From positions 288,001-352,000 of the forward strand of contig CAXXLV010000002.1 in NCBI GenBank assembly GCA_963664305.2: a stretch of DNA of 64,000 nucleotides, in the 5' to 3' direction. This DNA is from an uncultured Aliarcobacter sp. (GTDB lineage Bacteria > Campylobacterota > Campylobacteria > Campylobacterales > Arcobacteraceae). Below, in pieces: positions 42,147 to 52,134 of the stretch; positions within the stretch are counted from its first letter, which is position 1, and each line of letters opens with the position of its first letter. The notes under the pieces are model-generated. The model had not been told where the DNA came from and ran no database searches. It saw only the letters and a list, made by a program, of their open reading frames with translations. The position numbers were made by a program, and so were the translations under genes.

Positions 42147-42929
42147 ATGTATACAAAGTTGATGAATGAATCTTTGAAAACTCTTATTGAAAATAGACAG
42201 GCTTTATTTAAAGCTTTAATTATTCCTTTAATCTTTTTACTTATTATAAATATTTTTTTCCCAAAATTAATTATGTTAGATGGAAAATTAGTATTCGCAA
42301 ATGATGCTGAAAAATATATTGCAATTTTATTTTTTTTACTTTCTTTTATTGTAAATTTATCAATTGCTATTTCTGTACATAGAATAATTTTAATAAACGA
42401 TAATATTTCACCATGGAATAGTGTAAAAACAACAAAAAGAGAATGGAAGTTTTTTTATAGGTCATCACTTCTTGGGATTATTTCTATTATAGCCTTTTTA
42501 ATAATCTTCTTTTTCTCAACAGCATTGTTTAATATGTTTATGGGAAAGCTCTCAGTAGTTTTTGCAACTATTCTTTCTTCTACAGTTACTTTAATTATTT
42601 TGAGTAGATTTTCTATGATTCTTCCTGCTGTTGCAATTGATGAAAAAATGGATTTTTATGATACTTGGACTTTAACAAAAAATTATAAATTTTTATCTAT
42701 GTTTATGGTAATTATTTTTCCAATTTTAATTTCTATTTTAATAGCCGTTGTTTATGGTTTAATTATAAAATTTCTTACAGGTATTTCTCCTCATTTCGAA
42801 ATCTTATATGTATTATTAAATCTTTTTATTACAACATTAGTTATTAGTTGTTTATCTGTTACATACTCATATATAAAAGAACAAACAAATAAAGATATGA
42901 TAGAAAACTTTGAAAAAATTGATAGTTAG
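42147..42929 (+). CDS. Hypothetical integral membrane protein
   Basis: About six TM segments, ISVHRIIL, PAVAID. Confidence 0.7.
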   Translation: MYTKLMNESLKTLIENRQALFKALIIPLIFLLIINIFFPKLIMLDGKLVFANDAEKYIAILFFLLSFIVNLSIAISVHRIILINDNISPWNSVKTTKREWKFFYRSSLLGIISIIAFLIIFFFSTALFNMFMGKLSVVFATILSSTVTLIILSRFSMILPAVAIDEKMDFYDTWTLTKNYKFLSMFMVIIFPILISILIAVVYGLIIKFLTGISPHFEILYVLLNLFITTLVISCLSVTYSYIKEQTNKDMIENFEKIDS

Positions 42930-42953
42930 TTTTTGAAAAAGTATTTTTTAGCT

Positions 42954-42987
42954 AAGATAATCTTATGAATTACAATAAGATTATCTT
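42954..42987. terminator. 13-bp inverted repeat between convergent genes
   Basis: AAGATAATCTTAT-GAATTACA-ATAAGATTATCTT. Confidence 0.7.
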
Positions 42988-43022
42988 CACTTTACTGATG
43001 TTATATATCTTAGCAGATATTA

Positions 43023-44135
43023 TTAAGAGTTACTTTTTTTAAATTTTGAAAAGATATTTGAAATAAATGGAACTATTAAAACAACAACATAACCTACAAT
43101 CGCCCCTAAAACAATCTCACTTAAAAATCCTCCAAGAGGAATAGCTTTTAAAATCTCATCAAATGAGTGTAAAATATGTGTTTCGTGAGAGATAATTCCT
43201 CCTCCAACAGCAAGCATAGCAATCGTTCCTAAAATACCAATAGTTTTTATGATATAAGGCATTGATTTTACAAATCCATCACCAATAGTTTTTAATATTG
43301 CACTTTTTTTCTCTTGTAAATAAAATCCTATATCATCAAGTTTTATAATAAATGCAACAATCCCATATACAAAGATTGTTGTTAAAATCCCAACAAGAAA
43401 TAAAACAGAAACTTTTGTTAAAAAATCAGTATTTTCTATCAAACTAAGACTTATAACTATAATTTCAAAAGATAAAATAAAGTCAGTTTTTACTGCACTT
43501 TTTACTTTTGCATCTTCTAATTTTTCACTTGAAAGTTCTTTTATAGTCTCTTTAACATCATCTACTTCATGATGATTTCCAAATTTTTCTAAGATACTTT
43601 CAACCCCTTCATAAGCTAGATAGGCTCCCCCTAAAATTAAAATAGGACCAATAAGCCAAGGAGAGATATAACTTAAAAGTAAAACAACAGGAATAATGAT
43701 AAATTTATTTTTAAAACTTCCAAGTGCAATTTTATAAACAATAGGAAGTTCTCTAAGTGCTGCTTTTCTTTTTGCTTCAAGAATTGCTAAATTTCTAATA
43801 TTTTCAAGTTCAGCTAAAATCTTTTTTTGTTCATTAACATCAAGTTTTTCAATATTTTCTTTAAACTCTTCAACAGATTTTGCTTTTTCTAACTCTTTTT
43901 TCAAAATATCAGAAGTTGTTTCATTTGTAAAATTTGCAATAGCAGCTAAGTCATCAACTAAAAGACCACTAGATTTTACACTTGCAAGTTTTGTGTAAGT
44001 CGCAATATCATCAAACAGCAATCCTATATCATCGAGTGATGTTGCTAAACTTTTGGCAGTTGTTGCCATAGTTTTTCCAGCAAGTGAACTTATATCATCT
44101 GCTAAAACTGATAAATAGCCTAATATTCCAGCCAA
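43023..44135 (-). CDS. DUF808/YedI family membrane protein
   Basis: RELPIVYKIALGSFKNK, GGAYLAYEGVE, TDFILSFEI, AMLAVGGGI; TTG start. Confidence 0.85.
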   Translation of the reverse strand: MAGILGYLSVLADDISSLAGKTMATTAKSLATSLDDIGLLFDDIATYTKLASVKSSGLLVDDLAAIANFTNETTSDILKKELEKAKSVEEFKENIEKLDVNEQKKILAELENIRNLAILEAKRKAALRELPIVYKIALGSFKNKFIIIPVVLLLSYISPWLIGPILILGGAYLAYEGVESILEKFGNHHEVDDVKETIKELSSEKLEDAKVKSAVKTDFILSFEIIVISLSLIENTDFLTKVSVLFLVGILTTIFVYGIVAFIIKLDDIGFYLQEKKSAILKTIGDGFVKSMPYIIKTIGILGTIAMLAVGGGIISHETHILHSFDEILKAIPLGGFLSEIVLGAIVGYVVVLIVPFISNIFSKFKKSNS

Positions 44136-44315
44136 TTATAATCCTTCAAAATAATTTAATATGTAATGATATTTAATAGTTACTTAGAAAGATTTTTTAT
44201 TAAAAAATTTATTTGTATATTTTTTAAACACTAAAACTATTCAATAAAGATTAATTTTTATTTATAATTACTTTATCAAACATGTTAGAGGCAATTTCGC
44301 CTCTTGAAGAACTGC

Positions 44316-44422
44316 AAAGATGGCTAGGGTTCCGAACTTTTTAAGTTGACTGGTCCGAGAGCTATCGACTCTTAAATTAGAGTTACACGGAGGGATAAAA
44401 GCCCGGGAGGTGAAAACCTCTT
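44316..44422 (+). ncRNA. Guanidine-I (ykkC-yxkD) riboswitch
   Basis: GGCTAGGGTTCCG...CTGGTCCGAGAGCT...ACACGGAGGGATAAAAGCCCGGGAG matches the ykkC consensus; sits upstream of guanidine genes; TATAAT at 44263-44268. Confidence 0.95.
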
Positions 44423-44451
44423 ACGTGTTTAATTTTATTTAGGAGTAATAC

Positions 44452-45528
44452 ATGAAACTTTCGATTTCAAAAATCTTTAAACTATTGTCATTGGCTGTTC
44501 TATTTTTAGGATTAACATCAACTTCGCTTTTTGCTGGAACAAAAAAAGATTTCAAAGTTGCTTGGAGTATCTATGTTGGTTGGATGCCTTGGGATGTTAT
44601 CGAATCTCAAAAAATCATGGATAAATGGGCTAAAAAATATGGAATTAATGTGCAAATAGTTCAAATAAATGATTATATAGAATCAATCAATCAATATAGT
44701 TCAGGTGAATTTGATGGTTGTGTAATGGCAAATACTGATGCATTAGGAATTCCTGCTGCTGGTGGAGTTGATTCAACTGCTTTAATCATTGGAGATTATT
44801 CAAACGGAAATGATGCTGTTATTTCTAAAACTGCAAAATCAATCAAAGATTTAAAAGGAACAAATATAAACCTTGTTGAGTTATCAATTTCTCACTATTT
44901 ATTAGCTCGAGCTTTAGAAAAAAATGGAATGAGTGAAAAAGATATAAAAGTTGTAAATACAAGTGATGCTGATATGGTTTCTGCTTATGCAACTGCTGAT
45001 GTTACAAGTGTTGTTACTTGGAAACCACAAGTGAGTGAAATTCAAAAAATGCCAAAAGCAAATACTATTTTTGATAGTTCAAAAATTCCTGGTGAGATTA
45101 TAGATTTAATGGTAGCTAACACTCAAACTTTAAAAGAAAATCCAGAATTTGGAAAAGCATTAGTTGGTGCTTGGTATGAAATGATGACTTTAATGACTTC
45201 TAACTCAAAAGAATCAATCGAAGCTAAAACAATTATGGCAAAGGCTTCTGGAACGGATTTAGCTGGATTTGAAGACCAATTAAAAACTACAAATATGTAT
45301 TACACACCAGCAGAAGCTGTAAAATTTAACAATAGTGATGAAATAGTAAAAACTATGGAGTTTGTTGCTAAATTCTCTTTTGACCATGGTTTATATGGTG
45401 AGGGTGCTAGTGATTATGGATTTGTAGGAATTGAGTTTCCAAATGGAAAAGTTATTGGAGATAAAGGAAATATCAAACTTAGATTTGATGATACATATAT
45501 GAAAATGGCACTAGAGGGAAAACTTTAA
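44452..45528 (+). CDS. Guanidine/urea-carboxylase-associated ABC transporter substrate-binding protein
   Basis: Signal peptide; WSIYVGWMPW, DYIESINQY, DYSNGND, IPGEIIDL. Confidence 0.92.
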   Translation: MKLSISKIFKLLSLAVLFLGLTSTSLFAGTKKDFKVAWSIYVGWMPWDVIESQKIMDKWAKKYGINVQIVQINDYIESINQYSSGEFDGCVMANTDALGIPAAGGVDSTALIIGDYSNGNDAVISKTAKSIKDLKGTNINLVELSISHYLLARALEKNGMSEKDIKVVNTSDADMVSAYATADVTSVVTWKPQVSEIQKMPKANTIFDSSKIPGEIIDLMVANTQTLKENPEFGKALVGAWYEMMTLMTSNSKESIEAKTIMAKASGTDLAGFEDQLKTTNMYYTPAEAVKFNNSDEIVKTMEFVAKFSFDHGLYGEGASDYGFVGIEFPNGKVIGDKGNIKLRFDDTYMKMALEGKL

Positions 45529-45543
45529 TTTTTAGGAAAAAAT

Positions 45544-46356
45544 ATGAAAAGGTTAATAAATGAAATTCCATCAAAAACAACAAATATTTTTTTGGGATTA
45601 TTACCTTTTCTATTAATAGTGATAGTTTATATAGGTTCTTCAAATGCTAGACTTGCTGAAAATCCAAATGATAAACTATTGCCATCAATAGAAAAATGTA
45701 TTGAAAGTATGAGTAAATTGGCTTTTGAAGAGGATAAAAGAACTGGAAGTTATATCCTTTATGATGACACAGTTTCAAGTTTAAAAAGATTGGCTTTAGG
45801 TGTAGGAATTAGTGCAGTTATTGCTTTAGTTGTTGGTATTTCAATTGGAGTTATTCCTATGATTACTTCAACTTTATCGCCACTTATTTGGTTTTTTTCA
45901 CTGATTCCAACAATGGCAATTTTACCGATACTTTTTATAGTATTTGGTTTAGGTGAGATTTCAAAAGTAGTTTTGATTATCTTAGGAATTACACCAATTA
46001 TGATAAGAGATATTTATCAAAGAGTAAGAGAAATACCAAGTGAACAAATCATAAAAGTTCAAACTTTGGGAGCTAATACTTGGCAAATAATAACAAGAGT
46101 TGTAACTCCTCAAATATTTCCAAGATTGATTGATTCTATTAGATTGACTTTAGGAACTGCTTGGATATTTTTGATTTCAGCTGAAGCAATAGCTGCAACT
46201 GAGGGTTTAGGTTATAGAATATTTTTAGTACGAAGATATTTAGCTATGGATGTGATTTTACCTTATGTTGTATGGATTACACTTTTAGCATTTTTAATAG
46301 ATTTTGTTTTAAGACAATTTAATCAAAAACTATTTCCTTGGTTTGGAAAGGAGTGA
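45544..46356 (+). CDS. ABC transporter permease (NitT/TauT type)
   Basis: NPNDKLLP, AWIFLISAEAIAATEGLGYRIFLVRRY. Confidence 0.92.
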   Translation: MKRLINEIPSKTTNIFLGLLPFLLIVIVYIGSSNARLAENPNDKLLPSIEKCIESMSKLAFEEDKRTGSYILYDDTVSSLKRLALGVGISAVIALVVGISIGVIPMITSTLSPLIWFFSLIPTMAILPILFIVFGLGEISKVVLIILGITPIMIRDIYQRVREIPSEQIIKVQTLGANTWQIITRVVTPQIFPRLIDSIRLTLGTAWIFLISAEAIAATEGLGYRIFLVRRYLAMDVILPYVVWITLLAFLIDFVLRQFNQKLFPWFGKE

Positions 46357-46358
46357 TT

Positions 46359-47096
46359 ATGGGATTAATTAAAGCAAAAAATATTTGGAAAAATTACGGT
46401 GATAATATAATCTTAGAAAAATTAAATTTTTCTATGAATAGTGGCGAGTTTTGTACTTTAGTTGGACCATCTGGTTGTGGTAAAAGTACATTTTTAAGAA
46501 TGTTATTAGGAATTGAACAACCCTCACGAGGTGAGTTGTTTTTTGAAGATAAAGAGTATCCAAAAGAGCCAAGTGATGATAGAGGAATAGTGTTTCAAAG
46601 ATATTCAACACTAAATCACTTAAATGTGATTGATAATGTAATTATTGGTTTAGAGTTCAAAAAGTCGCCATTTCTTGGGAAACTTTTTGGAAAAGCAAAA
46701 AAAGAGGCTTATGAAAAAGCTGATGAGATTTTAAAGGCAGTTGGTTTATATCACTCAAGAACTAAATATCCATATGAGTTAAGTGGTGGAATGAAACAAA
46801 GATTATCAATCGCTCAATCACTTGTAAAAGAGCCAAAACTTCTACTTTTAGATGAGCCATTTGGTGCACTTGACCCTGGAATTAGTAAAGATATGCATGA
46901 ATTACTTTTGGATATTCATTCAAAACTAAATTTTGGAGTTGTGATGGTAACTCATGATATTAGTGAAGCTTTTAAATTAGGAACAAGAGTTTTGGTATTT
47001 GACAAAATAAAAGTTGACGAGGATTTTCCAAATAGATATGGGTCAACAATTGTAAATGATATAGATTCAAGTAAGGAAAGAAAAAATGAGAAGTAA
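46359..47096 (+). CDS. ABC transporter ATP-binding protein
   Basis: GPSGCGKST, LSGGMKQR, LLLDEPFGALD; start ATG 46359 after AAGGAG. Confidence 0.93.
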   Translation: MGLIKAKNIWKNYGDNIILEKLNFSMNSGEFCTLVGPSGCGKSTFLRMLLGIEQPSRGELFFEDKEYPKEPSDDRGIVFQRYSTLNHLNVIDNVIIGLEFKKSPFLGKLFGKAKKEAYEKADEILKAVGLYHSRTKYPYELSGGMKQRLSIAQSLVKEPKLLLLDEPFGALDPGISKDMHELLLDIHSKLNFGVVMVTHDISEAFKLGTRVLVFDKIKVDEDFPNRYGSTIVNDIDSSKERKNEK

Positions 47097-47805
47097 TAAA
47101 GTGGTTTTAAATGAAATTTTCCCTTCAAGTGTAAAATGGTCAAAAATCATTAAAAGAGGGCAAACAATACAACTAAAAGCAAAAGGTGAAAATGCAAGTT
47201 TAAGTGCTATGTTTTACAACGCTTCAAATGTAGCAGAAAGATTTAATAGTGCAGATACAGTAAAAATCCAATGGAATGCATTTTTAGGAAAAGAAAAAGT
47301 TCTGTTTTCTGAAATGGGTAGAGTTTTATTTGCAATTACGGAAGATTCTACTGATGGTTTATTTGATATTTTAGGTGGAATTTCAAATGAAAGAGTTATC
47401 AAAGAGAATTTTGGAGGAGAAGCAACTTATCAAAGTTGTAGAAATGGTTACTATAAAAGTGATAAAGAAAACTTTTTAATAGAGCTTGGAAAATATGGAA
47501 TGACAAAAAAAGATTTAATTCCAGCACTAAATCTATTTAGAAAAGTAGATGTAAAAGATGGTTCAAAACTTGTATTAAGTGATAGAAAAGCAAAGAAAGA
47601 TGATGTTATAGAATTAACAGCACACATGGATGTTTTACTTGTATTATCAAATACACCTCACGCTATGGATAAAAGTGGAGTTTATGAGCCAAGTGATATT
47701 GAAATTACTATTTTTGATAGTGTTGAATTTAAAGATGAAGATTATAAAAACTATAGTGATGAAGCTAAAAGAGGCTTTATAAATACAAATAGATATTTTG
47801 TGTAA
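47086..47805 (+). CDS. cgdA: Carboxyguanidine deiminase subunit A (DUF1989 family)
   Basis: ERFNSADTVKIQW, LFSEMGRVL, LSNTPH; operon context. Confidence 0.85.
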   Translation: MRSNKVVLNEIFPSSVKWSKIIKRGQTIQLKAKGENASLSAMFYNASNVAERFNSADTVKIQWNAFLGKEKVLFSEMGRVLFAITEDSTDGLFDILGGISNERVIKENFGGEATYQSCRNGYYKSDKENFLIELGKYGMTKKDLIPALNLFRKVDVKDGSKLVLSDRKAKKDDVIELTAHMDVLLVLSNTPHAMDKSGVYEPSDIEITIFDSVEFKDEDYKNYSDEAKRGFINTNRYFV

Positions 47806-47815
47806 GGATTAAAAG

Positions 47816-48436
47816 ATGTCAAAAAATATAGAAAATGCAATTTATAATGAAAAATTACCATCAGGTCTTCCATGGGCAGGTGTTATTAAAAAAGGGCAAA
47901 CTTTCAGAATTGTTGATTTAGAAGGTTGTCAAGCAGTAGATACACTTTTTTACAATAACGATAATTACAATGATAGATATAGTGCAAATGATACTATTAG
48001 AGAACAAGGAAGTATTTTTATTACTACTGGAACAAAACTTATTTCAATAGATGATAATGTGTTAATGGAAATTACAGAAGATACTTGTGGAAATCACGAT
48101 ACTTTAGGTGGACATTGTAGTGCTGAAAGTAATAGTGTTAGATTTGGTTTAGATAAAAAATATATGCATTCTTGTAGAGATAATTACTTAACAATTGCGG
48201 CACAACTTGAAATGAGTCCAAAAGATATTACAAATAATATTAACTTTTTTATGAATGTACCAGTTGAAGAAAATGGACATTTAGCAATAGTTGATGGTAT
48301 CTCAAAACCAGGTGATTATGTGGAAATGGTAGCACATATGGATACATTAGTTTTAATTTCAAATTGTCCACAATTAAACAATCCATGTAATGGATATAAC
48401 CCAACTCCAATACAATTAATTATTTGGGACAAATAG
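47816..48436 (+). CDS. cgdB: Carboxyguanidine deiminase subunit B (DUF1989 family)
   Basis: DTCGNHDTLGGHCSAESN, NINFFMNVP, SNCPQLNNPCN. Confidence 0.9.
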   Translation: MSKNIENAIYNEKLPSGLPWAGVIKKGQTFRIVDLEGCQAVDTLFYNNDNYNDRYSANDTIREQGSIFITTGTKLISIDDNVLMEITEDTCGNHDTLGGHCSAESNSVRFGLDKKYMHSCRDNYLTIAAQLEMSPKDITNNINFFMNVPVEENGHLAIVDGISKPGDYVEMVAHMDTLVLISNCPQLNNPCNGYNPTPIQLIIWDK

Positions 48437-48468
48437 TTAGTTAAAAGCCCAAAAGAGCTAATTCTTTT

Positions 48469-48513
48469 TATCTTATTAGACGACTTATAAGATATATTCA
48501 TACGGGACGGCCC
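48469..48513 (+). ncRNA. Guanidine-II (mini-ykkC) riboswitch inside the operon
   Basis: P1 TATCTTATTAG-ACGA-CTTATAAGATA (48469-48494), 9-nt linker, P2 GGG-ACGG-CCC (48504-48513): two ACGR-capped hairpins just upstream of the carboxylase SD. Confidence 0.85.
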
Positions 48514-48537
48514 CAAATTATACTTCAAGGATATAAA

Positions 48538-51500
48538 GTGTTTAAAAGAGTATTAATTGCAAATAGAGCTGAGATTGCAAATAGAGTAATTAGAACTTTA
48601 AAAAAGATGGGTATTGAGTCAGTTGCGATTTATAGTGAGGCAGATAAACATGCTTCATTTGTACGAAATGCAAATATAAGTGTACAACTTCATGGAACTA
48701 CACTAGAAGAGACTTACCTAAACTATAAAAAAATTATTGAGATTTGTAAAGAGTATAATGTTGATGCTATTCATCCAGGATATGGGTTTTTAAGTGAAAA
48801 TGTAAATTTTGTAAAAGAGTGTGAAAAAAATGGAATTATATTTATTGGTCCCACTTCTAAACAGATAGAAGATTTTGGATTAAAACATACAGCACGAGAT
48901 ATTGCAAAAGCAAATAATGTACCATTGTTAGAGGGAAGTGAACTTCTTACTAGTTTAGAAATGGCAAAAGAAGTTGCAAACACTATTTATTATCCAGTTA
49001 TGTTAAAAAGTACTGCAGGTGGTGGTGGAATAGGAATGAAACTTTGCTTTAATGAAGAAGAGTTAGTTCAAGCTTATGAAAGTGTTATAAAACTTGCTAC
49101 TTCAAACTTTAGTAATGGTGGAGTTTTTTTAGAAAAATATATCGAAACTGCACGTCATATTGAAGTTCAAATCTTTGGTGATGGAAATGGGAATGTTAAA
49201 ACTTTAGGTGAGAGAGATTGTTCAATTCAAAGAAGAAATCAAAAAGTTATAGAAGAAACACCAGCACCAAATATTAGTGATGAGTTAAGAAAAGAGTTAT
49301 TTGAAGCTTCAAAAAAACTAGCACTTGCAGTAAATTATAAAAGTGCTGGAACTGTTGAGTATATCTATGATACAAAAACAAATAAGTTTTACTTTCTAGA
49401 AGTTAATACAAGATTACAAGTTGAACATGGAATTACTGAAGAGGTATGTGGGGTTGATTTAGTTGAGTGGATGATAAGAATTGCATATGGTGATAACAAA
49501 CCACTACTTGATTATATTCATAATCCAAAAGGTCATGCAATACAACTAAGAGTTTATGCAGAAGATGCAAGTAAAAATTTCCAACCAAGTACTGGACTAA
49601 TTACAAAAGTTGAGTTTCCAAAAGATTTAAGAATAGATACATGGATTGAAGATGGATGTGAGGTAAGTCCATTTTATGACCCACTTTTAGCAAAACTTAT
49701 TTCTTATGGAAAAAATAGAGAAGAAAATTTAGAAAAACTACAAGAGGTTTTAAAAACTTCAAAAATCTATGGAATTGAATCAAATCTATCATATTTAGAA
49801 GCAATTTTAAAACAAGATTTTTTTAAAAATTCAAGCTTTTACACAAAAGTATTAGAGAAGTTAGAATACAAACCTTTTAAAGTTGATATTTTAAAATCAG
49901 GAACAATGACATCAATCCAAGATTATCCTGCACGTCAAAACTTCTGGGCAGTTGGTATTCCACCATCTGGAGCTATGGACAATCTAACACCAAGACTTTT
50001 AAATCATTTACTAAAAAATGATGAAAAAGCTGCTTTTATAGAGATGACTTTTATGGGAGCTACTTTTAAATTTAGAAATTCTACAACTATTTCTTTTGGT
50101 GGAGCAGATATGCAAGCAACATTAAATGGAAATAGTGTAGAGATGTATAAAGCTATAAATGTAAAAGAAAACGATGTTTTAGAGTTTAAAAAAGTTATTG
50201 GAAATGGAAATAGAACATATTTAGCTATCAAAGGTGGTTTTGATGTTGCTTCATATCTAGGAAGCTCTTCAACATTTACTTTAGGTGAGTTTGGAGGACA
50301 CTCAGGACGTGCGCTTAAAGCTGGTGACGTGTTAAACTATTTTGAAACTAAAGATGAGGTTTATGAAGAGCTTGCAAATAAAATAAATTTAGTAAATGAG
50401 TGGGAAATTGGTGTTGTTTATGGTCCTCATGGAAGCCCAGATTTCTTTACAACTGAAGATATAAAAGAGTTTTTTGCTACTTCTTGGGAAGTTCACTTTA
50501 ACTCAAGTAGAACAGGAGTTAGATTAATAGGACCAACTCCAAAATGGGCAAGAAATGATGGAGGAGAAGCTGGACTTCATCCTTCAAATATCCATGACAA
50601 TGCTTACGCTTTTGGAACAATAGATTTTACAGGAGATATGCCAGTAATATTAGGACCTGATGGTCCAAGTCTTGGAGGATTTGTTTGTCCTGCAACAATT
50701 ATCTCTTGTGAATTACATAAAATTGGTCAGCTTAAAACTGGTGATAAAATAAAGTTTAAACCTCTTTGTTTAGAAAACGCAGATTTGATGAATTTAGCTT
50801 TTGAAAAAGCAATTAAAGCAAATGAAGTTTTACCAAATTTGGCTGATTTTATTATTGATTTTGATGAAGAAAAAGCAACGCCAATTATAAAAACTTTTAA
50901 TTATAAAGAGTTAGATTTAGATATTGTTATTAGAAGTGCTGGAAATGAGTTTGTATTAGTTGAAGCTGGAGAGTTAAAACTTGATATTGAATTAAGATTT
51001 TTTATTCATGCTCTAATGACTTATATTGAAGAGAAAAATTTAACTTCAATCATTGATTTAACTCCAGGTATTAGAAGTTTACAAATCCATTTTAACTCTT
51101 TAGAGATAGATAGAAGTGAGATTTTAAAACTTGTAGAAGAAGCGATAAATTCTTTAAAAGATATTGAAAATTTAGAAGTAGAATCACGAACAGTTTATTT
51201 ACCACTTTCTTGGAATGACCCATCAATCCAATTAGCAATTGATAAATATCAACAAGGAGTACGACCAAATGCACCTTGGTGTCCTTCAAATATTGAGTTT
51301 ATTAGAAGAATAAATGGACTTAAAGATGTTGATGAAGTACAAAGAATTATTTTAGATGCGTCCTATTTAGTTATGGGATTAGGAGATGTTTATTTAGGAG
51401 CTCCTGTTGCTACTCCACTAAATCCAGCTCATAGAATGGTTACAACAAAATATAATCCAGCAAGAACTTGGACAGCTCAAAATTCTGTTGGAATTGGTGG

Positions 51501-52134
51501 AGCTTATATGTGTGTTTATGGTATGGAAGGACCAGGAGGTTATCAACTTTTTGGAAGAACTTTACAAATGTGGAACACATATAGAAGTACAAATGAGTTT
51601 ACAAAACCTTGGTTATTAAGATTCTTTGACCAAGTTCGGTTTTATTTAGTTTCAAGTGATGAGTTACATGATATTAGAGAGAAGTTTTTATATGGAAAAT
51701 ATCCTTTAAAAATTGAAAATGGAACATTTAAACTAAAAGAGTATAAAGAGTTTTTAGAAAACAACAAAAAAGAGCATACAAGTTTCCAATCAATGCGAAA
51801 ACAAGCTTTTGAAGATGAAAGATTGATGTGGAAAGAAAAAGGACTTGATAAATTTAATGTTCAAGCTGATGTTATTGAAGTAAAAAATGAGATTGTTTTA
51901 AATGAGAATGAAGAAGCCGTTGAATCTATCATGTCTGGAAATATTTGGAAAATTGAAGTTAAAGAGGGAGATAAAGTAAAAGCTGGTGAAGTTTTAGTTA
52001 TTTTAGAATCAATGAAAATGGAAGTTGATATTGAAACAAATATTAGTGGAACGGTTGAAAAAATTCTTTTTAAAGAGGGTGATAATATAAATTCTGGTGA
52101 TGTTTTAGTAATCATCAAAAAGGATGAAAAATGA
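48538..52134 (+). CDS. uca: Guanidine (urea) carboxylase
   Basis: Biotin carboxylase, carboxyltransferase and biotinyl (ESMKME) domains; HPSNIHD...TIDFTGD; GTG start. Confidence 0.95.
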   Translation: MFKRVLIANRAEIANRVIRTLKKMGIESVAIYSEADKHASFVRNANISVQLHGTTLEETYLNYKKIIEICKEYNVDAIHPGYGFLSENVNFVKECEKNGIIFIGPTSKQIEDFGLKHTARDIAKANNVPLLEGSELLTSLEMAKEVANTIYYPVMLKSTAGGGGIGMKLCFNEEELVQAYESVIKLATSNFSNGGVFLEKYIETARHIEVQIFGDGNGNVKTLGERDCSIQRRNQKVIEETPAPNISDELRKELFEASKKLALAVNYKSAGTVEYIYDTKTNKFYFLEVNTRLQVEHGITEEVCGVDLVEWMIRIAYGDNKPLLDYIHNPKGHAIQLRVYAEDASKNFQPSTGLITKVEFPKDLRIDTWIEDGCEVSPFYDPLLAKLISYGKNREENLEKLQEVLKTSKIYGIESNLSYLEAILKQDFFKNSSFYTKVLEKLEYKPFKVDILKSGTMTSIQDYPARQNFWAVGIPPSGAMDNLTPRLLNHLLKNDEKAAFIEMTFMGATFKFRNSTTISFGGADMQATLNGNSVEMYKAINVKENDVLEFKKVIGNGNRTYLAIKGGFDVASYLGSSSTFTLGEFGGHSGRALKAGDVLNYFETKDEVYEELANKINLVNEWEIGVVYGPHGSPDFFTTEDIKEFFATSWEVHFNSSRTGVRLIGPTPKWARNDGGEAGLHPSNIHDNAYAFGTIDFTGDMPVILGPDGPSLGGFVCPATIISCELHKIGQLKTGDKIKFKPLCLENADLMNLAFEKAIKANEVLPNLADFIIDFDEEKATPIIKTFNYKELDLDIVIRSAGNEFVLVEAGELKLDIELRFFIHALMTYIEEKNLTSIIDLTPGIRSLQIHFNSLEIDRSEILKLVEEAINSLKDIENLEVESRTVYLPLSWNDPSIQLAIDKYQQGVRPNAPWCPSNIEFIRRINGLKDVDEVQRIILDASYLVMGLGDVYLGAPVATPLNPAHRMVTTKYNPARTWTAQNSVGIGGAYMCVYGMEGPGGYQLFGRTLQMWNTYRSTNEFTKPWLLRFFDQVRFYLVSSDELHDIREKFLYGKYPLKIENGTFKLKEYKEFLENNKKEHTSFQSMRKQAFEDERLMWKEKGLDKFNVQADVIEVKNEIVLNENEEAVESIMSGNIWKIEVKEGDKVKAGEVLVILESMKMEVDIETNISGTVEKILFKEGDNINSGDVLVIIKKDEK

